This document shows, piece by piece, positions 1 through 13,200 of a stretch of DNA of 64,000 nt; the first letter of the stretch is position 1, and every line of letters begins with the position of its first letter. This stretch comes from Bugula neritina (Eukaryota > Animalia > Bryozoa): contig OZ037766.1 in assembly GCA_964035545.1 (NCBI GenBank), positions 31,548,773 through 31,612,772 on the forward strand, in the 5' to 3' direction. A program made the translations under genes and the position numbers. A model generated the notes under the pieces. That model saw only the letters and a list, made by a program, of their open reading frames with translations. It was not told the DNA's origin and ran no database searches.

Positions 1-480
1 AGAAGTACTTACACTAACAGTAGTATTTACACTAACAGCAGTACTTACACTAACAGCAGTACTTACACTAACAGCAGTACTTACACTAACAGCAGTACTT
101 ACACTAACAGCAGTACTTACACTAACAGCAGTACTTACACTAACAGAAGTACTTACAGTAACAGCAGAACTTACTCTAACAGTAGTATTTACTCTAACAG
201 TAGTACTTACACTAACAGTAGTACTTACACTAACAGTAGTACTTACACTAACAGCAGTACTTACACTAACAGTAGTACTTACACTAACAGCAGTACTTAC
301 TCTAACAGTAGTACTTACACTAACAGCAGTACTTACACTAACAGTAGTACTTACACTAACAGCAGTACTTACTCTAACAGTAGTACTTACACTAACAGCA
401 GTACTTACTCTAACAGTAGTACTTACACTAACAGTAGTACTTACACTAACAGCAGTACTTACAGTAACAGCAGAACTTAC
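1..480 (-). repeat. 18-bp minisatellite = amplified splice donor of gene B exon 481-599
   Basis: Minus-strand unit GTAAGTACT(G/A)CTGTTAG(T/A), ~26 copies, beginning exactly at the donor. Confidence 0.95.
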
Positions 481-3400
481 ATTGGCAGCATTCATCAGAC
501 ATTCTATTGATTGGGCCCTCTCGGTAAAAATGTTCACAAAACACGGAGCGACGTTTGCTTTGAAACATCTGATGGCTGAATGTTGACTTTTAAACAGAGC
601 TGAGAAAAATAAGAAAGCATTACTAGCAGGCAGCAGAGGAATTGGTATTAAACCAGCACGTGCTATACTGTATATTACATATGAATATTAAAAAAGAACA
701 AATAAGAGACATACATGTTGAAATGGGGATTTAGATTGTATATTATATCTAATTTGTCTAATAATATTACAAATATTATGTTGAAGTATTCAATAAGTTT
801 GATGCAAGGCTAACAATTCGATTAAATAGTGAGAGTAACTGCAATGTTAGATACCATTTGATGTAATATAATGTACTTGATATCATAACATAGTGTACTA
901 AAGTGTAACTATAATAAATGTGTTACAACATAATGAGCTACTATACAGTATATTATATTGTGTAACATAATTCAATATATTCTGGCTTGAAAAGGTCAGG
1001 TGTAATATATGTTTTCATAGCACGATATATTTAAGGCATTACAATATTACAAAATATGACATAATAAATAAGATAATACGAAAGATGTATATCGTCATGG
1101 AAACTCACAAACATTAGCAATGATGACATCATTTGGCAGCATGGCAGCATCTAAATCCAGAACCCAGCTGATTTGGTTATCTGTTTGCCGAAGAAGAGTC
1201 AGCTGTAGAGTTTTACCAGTTGGAACATTCTGGTCCTGTGAAAGGGGTTCAGATGTTGCACGCTTTATTTTAACTCCTGCTTGACTTACGGACCTAAGTC
1301 TTTCCTCGTCAGTCTCTAAAGAGAGATGGTGATAAAATTAAAAGAATAGATAAGAACACAAAACTTTACTTAAAACTGTACATATGACATATTTGAAAAA
1401 AGACCAGTATACTTATCTAACTTGCATACACAGTGTTTGTTTGCATAGATTTATAATTAACTTGTATGAATTTGGTGTCTTTCATAGAATATGATAAATT
1501 ATAAATTAATTAGAAGTTGTGTACTTTAACTTTCTTGCCCATAATCTTCAACAAAACATAAGCCCATCAACATGGCCGAAAATTTTCGATAGTAACTCGC
1601 CGAGTATCACTATGGTTATCATGTTCATTATGATTACAATTATTACTACTAACTTTGATTATGATAATTATGATATAATAATTTCAGTGATGAGTTACTT
1701 TGTAATCATAATGATAATCATATGATGAAAGATTATTAGGCAAGCACTGAGAATAATTATAACAAGTACAGCAAAATAACTTGAGTAGTTCTCCCCTTAG
1801 CCTGCAAATTTCTACACACACACTGATTATTCCTTAAAAGACTGTAATAGGTTGCCAACATAACTATCTGTACTGATAAATTAAATTATTAAATAAGTAT
1901 GCTGTAGTTGTCTTCCCATTAATCACACATTGTTTAGTTACTGACTTGGCTTCAGGTCCTTGTGTAACACGCAGGTGGTGCAGACATCAGGTGAGACGGT
2001 GTCTGGTGGGTTTAACAGATCTATATCCTGTCCGTTTATCTTTCCAAAAGCAGAAAGACCATTCGATACGTCTGCAAACAAAGCCATTTAAATATGACAT
2101 TATAGACAATGTCAAATTAAACTGAACAACGAAGAGATTTTTTAAAAATATTATCCTAAATTTAACCACCTGGTGCAAATCAAGCACTGTGTAATCCGTA
2201 GTATATTCTAGAATGTGAGGAGACAAAGTTTTTTGATTATCTTATTGCTGAACCCGGCATAATGCATAATGGGAGACGAACTGACTTTCAACATGTCCCT
2301 GAAGTACATTATATCTATAAGCTTAGTGATGGTATAATATATACAAAGTATAAAAAGTGTGTAAATAGAAGAGCCACAACTAACCGAGTGTATCAGAGAA
2401 ACAGTCTCCAACCTCCCAGCAGAGCTCTACCTCAGTCCTACCCAGTTCTTTATATAATGAGCAATAACCTAATTCAACGTAACGCTCATATATTTTGTAA
2501 TAATCATCTGGTTCCCTGCAAAACAGTAAATAGATTGAGATGATAAATATAATCCACAGTACAATGTCAGCTGATATCCACACAGGTAACTGAGTCATGT
2601 GATATCCACACAGGTAACTGAGTCATGTGATATATACAGTGACTAGCTGAGTCATGTGATATATACAGTGACTAACTGAGTCATGTGATATATACAGTGA
2701 CTAACTGAGTCATGTGATATATACAGTGGCTAACTGAGTCATGTGATATATACAGTGACTAACTGAGTCCGTCACCATGATTACAAGTGAGTATAAAATT
2801 TGATGAAACTAAGATAAATAATTTTTCGGCTCTTTTCAGGAAAAGAAGAAAAGAATGACTAACAAATTAATATTGCAGTACTATATATCTCAGACTTGCC
2901 AACAACGTGACTTATCAAACATACCAACGATGTGACACACTAAATTTTAGATTGGTTCAACCATTATATATCAAATGTAATTAAGTAGAGAAGGTAACTC
3001 CTACTCTGAGTTGCAGGTTCTTGTTCTCGAACGTTTCATGGCCGAACATCCTGTCCCACAAGAACTCCATTCACCCCAGCCTCTCCATGTACCACGTTCA
3101 TACACTGAATAATGAAGAGTAGATATCAAACATAGTGAGAGTGTATAGAGGACAACTCTACTTTAAATAATATAATTTACGAACGGGTGGAAGTCACTGA
3201 GAAAAAAATTAAATTGATCTTCAAATATAATTTAGTGGGTGATAACTACCAGGTAACTGTAACAGTCTTGTTATATATTAATAATTCAAACAGTTATTAA
3301 GTGTACTAGGTTAAATAGTTTTCAAGATAGTTATACGTATTAATATATTAATCTAAGAAGTATATATTCGTTTTTAAGATTGATAAAAAACACATGTTTA

Positions 3401-6400
3401 TAATTTTATGACTTTCAATGTAACTTCTACACAAGATCTGTATGATACGAATAGTACAGTCATGTAACAGTACTTCTGGTAGTGCAACATAACTGCTTGC
3501 CAGCTGCACCTTAACCAGAATGAAGCACTTTGGAACTATGAACACTGTAGAAGCTGGCTATAGAATTTGACCCTTGCAGATTTGGAAATAAAAAAGAGAT
3601 GACCTTCAAGATTTAACTTTAAATAACAATCAGCCATTGCAGTCTACTCAGCAACTGAGATTATAGCAGATATTGAAGCTGCAGACCTGAGCATCTGTGA
3701 CTCACCTTTGACGAAGACCGGTGATCCGACGTCATCTTCTGACTCATACACTCCGCTCTGACCATCTCTAGCAAACGGTGTAATAGTACCAGAGTTCTCT
3801 GCCAACACTCGCAAATGTATTGTGTGTTTATAGTCAATTTTAAGAGCTGAGGCTAGTTTAGAACAATCGGAGTTTTCATCAACGTAATACGAACTGAAAA
3901 TTGACGACATAAATTTTTTGGAATCACAAGATGCTATGTGGTTCAACAGAACATATTAGTAACTATGACAGCAGACTAAATTGTGACAATAAAAACATTT
4001 TGGTCGCTACTTTGCTATAACATGCCACACAAAAAGATCACCTAAACTGTGCAAAATTAAATTGTTACTAACAACTAATTACATTTAATTCATAACTTAC
4101 GTAACAAACACATGGCTACATGCAAATAATGCAATCATCTCTTAGAATGAGCTGCAAAGCAAATCAGACCTGTTGAAAATGTTAGACCGAGTTCTCGCCA
4201 CCTCTAAATACTCTTCACCATTTTTATGATACGGGTTTCCGTGACTATCGCACCCAATCTCGATCTCAGTTAAATTGTAAGGGGCAATCTTGCTTCGGTA
4301 AGTAAATTTAATTCCAAACTGTGAATACAGAAGTTATTTGCTGGTACAATATAACATATTGATTATACAAATATAATATACCTATGATGGTGTGCTGTAA
4401 TATAACTATAACAGTGTGCTATAGCAAAAACATGGTGAAATCATGATAAAAAAATCAGCCATTTTTAGTCCACAAATCTGAAAGTAAAACTAATCAAATA
4501 AATACACATAGCCAACTGTAAGAGAGAGAGATGCATGCAACAATTACTTTATAAGAAAACATGTGATTTATGTCCTTCACTGATGATCTGATATATACAT
4601 CGTCTGCACAAATCGATGATCTCATACCTGTCGTCTACATGAATTGTTTTACTGTGGTTATATTCTCCCGAGTAGAATACGGACGGAAGCAACACTGCAC
4701 TTACCTGGTAAAGCTGACTCTGCACTTACCTGGTAAAACTGACACTGCACTTACCTGGTAAAGCTGACACTACACTTACCTGGCAAAGCTGGCACTAGAC
4801 TTACCTGGTAAAGCTGACACTGCACTTACCTGGTAAAGCTGACACTGCACTTACCTGGTAAAGCTGACACTGCACTTACCTGGTAAAGCTGACACTGCAC
4901 TTACCTGCTAAAGCTGACACTGCACTTACCTGGTAAAGCTGACACTGCACTTACCTGGTAAAGCTGACACTGCACTTACCTGGTAAAACTGACACTGCAC
5001 TTACCTGGTAAAGCTGACTCTCATATTTACTATTTAGAGTGAACGGGAAAATCAGCACCTTCCCCACAGCCACCTTGTCGGCCACACCCCTTCTCAGCAC
5101 CGTCATCGCACCAGCTCTGACTTGGAATCTCTGATAACCAAACTCACTATTTGCTGCAAGAATTGACAAATCAGAGAACATGTTAGTTACGGTTGAGATT
5201 TTGTTGAAGGTGACATAAGTGTTAGCGAGTGATGACAGGAAACTAAAAAATGGGGAGTTTTATGTACATGCAACTGAAAGAGATTTAGTTTATAATGAGT
5301 ATAATAGTACCAATTTAACAACATAGTATAATAAAATACAATATAATATTTTAGTAATAAATATAGGCAGGTAATTGTAACTGATAAAGGTAATATACAC
5401 ACAAACAACAAAAATATTGGAAATATTCCTTACAGAATAGAAATATATATAATGGATAGTTTCTACTCACACGGGTTGACAGTAAAAGGCACACTGATTG
5501 GTGTATTGCTGTATTTGCGTTCAAGTTTATCCAATGCAGCTCTTTCTTCTGATGAGAAGCTTCCGGAGAATGTTGACTCACAACTGAAGTATTTCAGCCC
5601 ATCCCCAGAGGGTTGAACACCTGGAAACCAGAAGATTGAACTAAGGTAACAGCTTCAGATACGTCTCCAACAGGTTTCAATGAGTCACACTACTTCCACG
5701 ATTCAGATGAGTGGAAAGCTACTTACTAAATCTCCCTCGTTCAGTAGAAATAACAAATCATACGTATAATACACCTGTATAGCTACACAACCTTAAATAT
5801 CTTTATATAGCCGTATTTCTAATATGCTACTATCAATGCCAATAATACGAGACAAACGATGTGTTTGGTGATACATTAGAGATACTAGGGCTATGTGTTT
5901 CTTAGAACCCCGGACTAAGTTTCTATATATACAGGTTATAGTATTGGGGGTGATAGACTAAGTTTCTATATACAGGTTATAGTATTGGGGGTGATAGACT
6001 AGGTTTCCATATACACGTGTTAGTATTGGGGGTGATAGACTAAGTTTGTATATACACATGATAGTATTGAGTGATAGACTAAGTTTCTATATACAGGTTA
6101 TAGTATTGGGGGTGATAGACTAAGTTTCTATATACAGGTTATAGTATTGAGTGATAGACTAAGTTTCTATATACAGGTTATAGTATTGGGGGTGATATTT
6201 GATTCTCACCCCAGAAGAAGGTGAAAAGTTCAGATGCTTCTACCAACGTCTGCTTGTTGGTATCCACAGTTGGATCTTGAATGTAAAATCTATAATTATA
6301 AGCAACAGAAGCCACTAAGTGACCCCAATAATAACAATAAGTTGGTTCCAGAGATGACTTTTAATGACAGAAAATTTTTGACGAATATTGCAAGATTTTA

Positions 6401-9400
6401 TGATGCCATCAAAAAGAGTGAAAACTTCTTTAAACAAATTTTAAAATAGGATCAAATACACCAGATAAATTGAAATCTTTCAAATATGGCATAGGATCAA
6501 AAGACTTACAAATTTAGCTTTCACAATTTTCTTCCTAGTAAAAAACATAAATATTACTAGAGATACAATTATATAACAAATATCTTTAGCCAAAATTGTA
6601 AACTGAAAGTCACCTCAGACTCTCAACCTCCTTTTCATCACCAGCCGGGAATCTCCCCTTGTTGAAGAAAATGCCGTCTCCCTTATCTCCGCACTTGCTC
6701 TTTGTACAGTCTATAATTTGCTCTAGAGTGGGCTTACACGACCAATCAAAGTATTTCAAGATACGCTCTATAAACGGATATAAAAGAGATTGCGGGGCAA
6801 TATACAGTAGTTGTATTACTAAAACAAGTGCGCTAGCAGAGTTTGCAATGTGAAGAGACTAGAATCTAGACGATATGAATGTTTGAGAAGTAGAAGAGAA
6901 AATGGAAGTCCCCACTTCCTTCCCTTTATGTAAATGAGAAATCTGGCTACAAGTTAAAACTATTACTTTTTCATAATTAAAAAACTATTAAAACAGAGAA
7001 TTTACGGTCTCCTAATTATCATAACAAAACATACATTATATCTAAAACATGAAGACTGAAACTCCTGCATAAGCAGGTTTGTTTATAGTTTCAAAATGAC
7101 ACTAAAGTGTTACAATTAAGCGCTATTGAAGCATCTCCAGCTGCAAGAGTTATGATATGTGAAGGTGAGACACACACCTTGGTCTAATCCAGGAGAAATG
7201 AATCTACTTGTTTCATTACAGCCGATCACTCCGAGACGCACAAACCCCAGTGGGTTTAACCTCTTGTCTGCCATCTTTAGCCGCAGATGAACTGATTGGA
7301 TTACTCGCTAGAAAAAACACAAAGGAAATGACACGCTGTCAATGTTAAACATGTCTAACTCATATGCAAGAGAACTTCATAAAGCCTGAGTCCTCACTAT
7401 CAGTATATGAGAGCTACATTCCTGATTAAGGGGGATAACTCCCTAGTATGATCTGCAGATAGAGGGAATGCTAAGAATATTCTACTAATCCTACCTTGAC
7501 CCTAGTGAGATATGCACACCAGATAATCTGACAAATGAGGCAACTTTTATAGCAGTAAGACGTTAACCCTACCACCCAAAGAGACTTGGAAATCACAATA
7601 TTATGCAATTAACCACCATAACACTGATTAAGCATAGCATGTTTAGAGAATAGGGAGCTAAATATTAAAGCAAGTATTTTACTGTCCAAGGAGCTGCTTT
7701 TACAATAAAAAACTCACGCAAGTTTATAGTCGCTATTCCTGTGAGAGCCCCCCCCCCCCCCGATAAAAGGGTTTTTGTTAAATTGGGCTAAAGACTTATT
7801 CAGATAAACACAGGAGCAATTATGACTGTATGCTCTTCCTAACATCACCAATGGCCTTTGTCTGGGCTCAAACCCATGACCTTCGTGCTTGCTAGACAAG
7901 TACTCTAACCCCTAGACCACGGCTGCTCTGTGGGAGCTGCTGTTACAATGTTAGCTTATTAAAAAGTAGAGATTAGTTCCAGTTTCGTAGAGAGCCGTGC
8001 TGCTGTCATGGCAACATATGAAAGCATGTGTGGAAGAGTCATGGGTAAACTCAACACACAACTACTGCTCTTTAGATTTGAGACAATGATGTTGGAGATA
8101 AGACTCTAGACTCTTAGTATGGTAAGTAGCCCTAAATGTTAGAGATAATATTGGCTACTCACGTGAGAGACGTACCCTTCACCGGGTAGAGTTCGAGTGA
8201 CGGCACACTCTAAGTAGGTGGTGATGTAGTGGTAGTACGCAAACACATAGTTAGAAGGAAAGTTGGCCTTGAAGTACTGGATCAGCTTAGCAGGTCCTTT
8301 CCGTATGTCTGTTGATCCAACGACTGTCTGGGTTCTGCCCGTTACTCCTGGGCCATCCACTTTAATAGACTAATTACTCTTGTACAACATTCTACACGAG
8401 TATTATAGCTACATAATATACTACACCAGTACTGTAGTTACACAACATACTACATCAGTGTTATAGCTACATAATATGTACAAATATGAAAAAGTAAACT
8501 TGAACAGTATGTAAACTGACCTAAAAGCAAATCACTAATACATGTGACAAAGGGGCTGCCGATTCTACATATTACATGCTATATTTGTCATTATTATTAT
8601 GGTTTTGGAGCAACATGCCAACGGAACACCTTAAAAATTACTTATTCCCAACCTTAGGAGTTATCTACTCGACATAAAGAGCAGCACTTACAATAGCATG
8701 GCAGCACATCACATTCTATGATGTCATTATTGGAGTCTAAACACCAAGTAGCATCAAGGGGCAAGACTTTTCGAAAATACAGCGAGTTTACTCGAGTCCA
8801 CCGGCAGTATTTGTTGTGAACTGTGTAAGCATAGTCCTCGCTAAAACCAAATACAAAAATAATGATTCACAGTGAGCATCTGCAATGTAGACGTGCAATG
8901 TACTGAGTATACATGTACTGAGTATACATGTACTGAGTATACATGTACTGAGTATACATGTACTGAGTATACATGTACTGAGTATACATGTACTGAGTAT
9001 ACATGTACTGAGTATACATGTACTGAGTATACATGTACTGAGTATACATGTACTGAGTATACATGTACTGAGTATACATGTACTGAGTATACATGTACTG
9101 AGTATACATGTACTGAGTATACATGTACTGAGTATACATGTACTGAGTATACATGTACTGAGTATACATTCGCTAACGAACAAACCAACTTTGAAAAATT
9201 GTACAAGAGAAACTAACCAACTCTGGATGAAAGAAAACTTGTAAACTATGGCAGGGTTAGCTAACTGAAATGACACTGAATCGAAGCAAACCTAACTTAA
9301 TTTGTATTTTTCAACATTTAGAACTGTCTAACAAAATAAAAGTTACTCTCTCATAGTGCCATTGCAGATTTGTCCGTGAACACCTCTATTGATCTCTCCC

Positions 9401-9813
9401 GTGTACCAAATATCATGTCGATCAACGAGATAGTAAGGAATGGTGTCATTCTTCTTTATACAGAAGGAATTTGGAGTCGGCGCAGCACTAAAATATTAAA
9501 AATAAAGCTTATGTTAAATGACAGCGAAAATAAACAGCTTTTAAGAAACATGGAGATGAGAAATTCTAAAGAAAACACATACTTGAATTGTTCTACAACT
9601 AATACAATCCAACGATCACACAAAAATGAGAACATAAGTTGAGAACACATGTTGATCATGTGATATTGATTGCAGCAGATACATCAGCACCTTTATCGGT
9701 ATTTAAACTGTTGTAAAAAGTGACTACTATAAACAAACTGACCTGACTGTAGCTAAAAGAAACAGAGCTGCAACTACAGCAGAAGCTATAATGCTTCGTT
9801 GTCTGTGAGTCAT
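481..9813 (-). CDS. Gene B: tandem paralog of gene A, 5' portion (~16 coding exons visible; continues beyond window start)
   Basis: Signal peptide exon 9813-9743 MTHRQRSIIASAVVAALFLLATV(S). Later exons match A in order and phase, e.g. GLKYFSCESTF vs [31 protein letters not shown] vs [28 protein letters not shown] vs [21 protein letters not shown] vs LFKSQ..C..PC.VDIFT (both 119-nt exons). Confidence 0.85.
2575..2770. repeat. 29-bp intronic minisatellite
   Basis: TGAGTCATGTGATATATACAGTGACTAAC, ~7 copies. Confidence 0.9.
3005..3105 (-). other. TSP1 repeat exon, gene B
   Basis: GTWRGWGEWSSCGTGCSAMKRSRTRTC; counterpart of A 51439-51547 with the same phases. Confidence 0.85.
4693..5018 (-). repeat. 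25-bp minisatellite spanning exon end plus donor (exon ends 5005)
   Basis: Minus unit TCAGCTTTACCAG|GTAAGTGCAGTG, ~13 copies. Confidence 0.95.
5915..6197. repeat. ~41-bp intronic minisatellite just past the donor of exon 6210-6289
   Basis: GACTAAGTTTCTATATACAGGTTATAGTATTGGGGGTGATA, ~7 copies. Confidence 0.9.
7707..7932 (-). mobile_element. tRNA-derived SINE with target-site duplication
   Basis: Pol III A-box TGGTCTAGGGG and B-box GGTTTGAGCCC on the minus strand; flanking 17-bp direct repeat GGAGCTGCT(T/G)TTACAAT at 7690-7706 and 7933-7949. Confidence 0.75.
8692..9487 (-). other. Divergent kringle domain of gene B
   Basis: SFC...WYTGEINRGVHGQIC...HNKYCR...TWCL...ECDVLPC, split across two exons at the same position and phase as in gene A. 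Confidence 0.7.
8899..9168. repeat. Perfect 15-bp minisatellite
   Basis: TGTACTGAGTATACA x18 with no visible variants. Confidence 0.95.
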
Positions 9814-10130
9814 GGTATTATTTCATACTTCAGTCGAAAGAATAATCACCGAAAGAAACTGTTAAAAATAGTTTCCAAGTAAGAAATGTCCAACAATGAA
9901 AGGACATGGAATTTAAACAGAGAAAAGCGCAAAACAATACATTCAGCAAAACTGAAATTTTGCATTGTTATGATTAATTTTAAGTTGCATTAAAAACTTC
10001 AAGTTATGAAGTTGTTCCTTCAACTCGATTCAAAAACTATGAAACTCTTCTACAGTTCACATCTACCAACAACTGCTGCTGATTCATAAAAAACTGCTAA
10101 ATTCAAATATTATAAATTCAAAACTTAACA

Positions 10131-10136
10131 TTTATT
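10131..10136 (-). terminator. Candidate polyadenylation signal of gene A
   Basis: AATAAA on the minus strand ~120 nt after the stop codon. Confidence 0.5.
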
Positions 10137-10255
10137 CAAAAAACCACGAAAAACACTAATTTTATCTTCATGAATTGCTACAAACAGAGTGAAAGTCACT
10201 TTTTATAAAACGAATTTTATGACTCAAAAAGAGTGCCGTACAATTGTTGACAAAA

Positions 10256-13200
10256 TTACTGAAAGGCAAGAAAATCTTTAGATCTTGACTCAATGTTTAT
10301 TTCCGGGGTGACATTGGAGGGATTCACGTCGTGGTGTTCATTTTCACTGCGGGTCTTGGAGATTGACTTTTTACTTGTTGACTTCTTTTTGTGAGAATCG
10401 AGTCTCTCCTCAACTTCAGCATGACTCTTAGCCTTGTGATTGGTGATAACTGACTCTTTAGACTTAGCACTAGACTTGCTGACAGCAGACATCTTATGTT
10501 TTGGTACATTCATGCTCTTGCCGGACTTCTTCTCGTCAGCTGTATTGGAGTTACCTCCCAATGATTTGGACTTGGCTGGACTGGCGTTCTTGCTATGAGA
10601 TGATTTGGAGCCGTGAACCAGTTCCTTGTCACTTTCTTGATTTTCTGTGAAACAGAACGAGTGTTGGTGAGTTATACTCTGTACAAGATGATCGGAACAT
10701 AAAATATTCACGGCATGATATTGGTCAGTGTTTTAATTTTTAATTTTTAAATTTTAATAATATATAACAGGACACCATAGAAATATATTCACTTTAATAC
10801 AATACAGTAATAATATATTACTATAACAATACACTACTATAACAAAATAAAATTCAAAGAATATAATATCTTAAAAGTTTATTAGTTTAAAATCATAATA
10901 AAACATTTCTACACTAATAAAATAGTACAATACAATAACATTATAGGATAATACTTTACTATAACAATATAATTCTACAACACTATAACAATATAAGAAT
11001 ATACTTCAGTATTTTCCTATAATAACACTATAACTCTATATTAACGTAATAAGATTATATAATAATAATGTTAGACTATAATATAATACTCTAATAAAAT
11101 ATACCTTTCATCAGATTTTCAGACGGTGAACCAATACCATCTGTTGATTCGGCTCTACTCGGTGGTTGTGTGGTGGTTGCTGTAGATAACTTCTTCTGCA
11201 GAGCGTCACGTTTTCCTGCAGTAGAGAATATTCAGTATGATTTCAGTAAAGGAGTATGAAGCGGGCATAACTGAGCAAATTTTGACTTTACACAACGAGT
11301 CAAAAAGTCTTTCTATGTTCCTGTTGAGATTCATATTGATTATTTGATTACAGTTGCTTAGTTCTTGTTTCAAAAAGGTAAACATTTCAATAACACATGT
11401 GACTACATGAATGTATTAAAATATTTACCTGCGGCAGCATACAATTAAACTAAATTTTACCTGCAATTGAAGAACGTCTGAACTCAACTTTGTCTTTAAT
11501 TTCTCGATCATCAAACTCTGTGGAATTTTTCAGTTCATCTGTTAAAACATCACAAAACACTGCAGACCAGTGATGGCTTGAGATTGATTGTCAAAAAAAA
11601 ACCACTCTTTGAGCAAACATCTACTAGTAACCACACTTATGGATATAATTATTATAATATAGACTCCAATAAAACTACAAGGTATGAAGAGTATAAAATA
11701 TAATCATGAGCTTAGATAGCCACTAAACAAATAGCAATCGGTATTCAAATATTCAAAGTATCACATGAAATATAATCATTATAATAATAGGTACAATAAG
11801 CTACCAGAAAACAATAAAACTATCAACTATCAAACAAAATAACCAATTTAATATTTAGAATGAAGTATTAACTAGCAATTCAAACTATCCCTGCAGCTTA
11901 CATTCCCTCTTAGTGTAGATAGCTACAACTATGGTGGCGACAATTCCAACGACCAGCAGACAAGAGACGATAACTGCCGGCCACGACACCTGAGATTTCT
12001 TCACTTTTGCCACCTGTTCGTCTGTGGAGGCGAGAGCGGCTCTGAATCCGGTGCAGATTCCCGACTCACAGGTCATGCCGTAAGGGCAGCGGAGCACCTG
12101 GATTACAGTATGGCAGCAGCTTGGAGAATTATCAGTATAAGAATATGCGAAACACGAGACACCAGGACACAGGACATCAATTCAAACAAGTAACGGCTAG
12201 GAGTTAATGTAGAGTTAATATTACCCAGTGGCCCATCTAGTATAATGGTCTAGCACACCTTGCAGGTCTCGGGTTCAAATCCCAGTGAGGGCAAAGTTTT
12301 ATAGTCAATACATTCTATACAAATGAGCTTCTAAAAATGCATGTATAAAACCTGGTGCTTATTTCAGTGCTATTTTATATTCATTCAGAAAGGAAAAGAG
12401 AGGCATAAAATACAACAAGCTGACAAATACAAAGGAGAACAAATAGGCGGAACACTTACAGAAGAGCAGAGTGATACTTACAGAGGAGCAGAGTGGTACT
12501 TACAGAGGAACAGAGTGGTACTTACAGAGGAACAGAGTGGTACTTACAGAGGAGCAGAGTGTTACTTACAGAGGAGCAGAGTGGTACTTACAGAGGAGCA
12601 GAGTGGTACTTACAGAGGAGCAGAGTGATACTTACAGAGGAACAGAGTGGTACTTACAGAGGAGCAGAGTGTTACTTACAGAGGAACAGAGTGGTACTTA
12701 CAGAGGAGCAGAGTGGTACTTACAGAGGAACAGAGTGGTACTTACAGAGGAACAGAGTGGTACTTACAGAGGAACAGAGTGGTACTTACAGAAGAGCAGA
12801 GTGATACTTACAGAAGAGCAGAGTGGTACTTACAGAGGAACAGAGTGATACTTACAGAGGAACAGAGTGGTACTTACAGAGGAGCAGAGTGTTACTTACA
12901 GAGGAGCAGAGTGGTACTTACAGAGGAGCAGAGTGTTACTTACAGAGGAGCAGAGTGGTACTTACAGAGGAACAGAGTGGTACTTACAGAAGAGCAGAGT
13001 GGTACTTACAGAGGAGCAGAGTGGTACTTACAGAGGAACAGAGTGTTACAGCTTTACATTGCTCATCAATCAGGAAGCTTCCAGAAACACAGGTGCACCG
13101 TCCAGAGAAGCAGTAAGTGAGTTGACCAAACTCTAGACAGTCCGTCTCGTCAGAGCACGGCTTGTTGGTAGTCGCCGTTGTTCCCGTCAAAATATCGGCT

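Noticed and set aside
12228-12300. Functional tRNA gene
   Set aside because: A and B boxes are present but the anticodon arm is missing or shortened; treated as a SINE or pseudo-tRNA. The same applies to 7855-7930.
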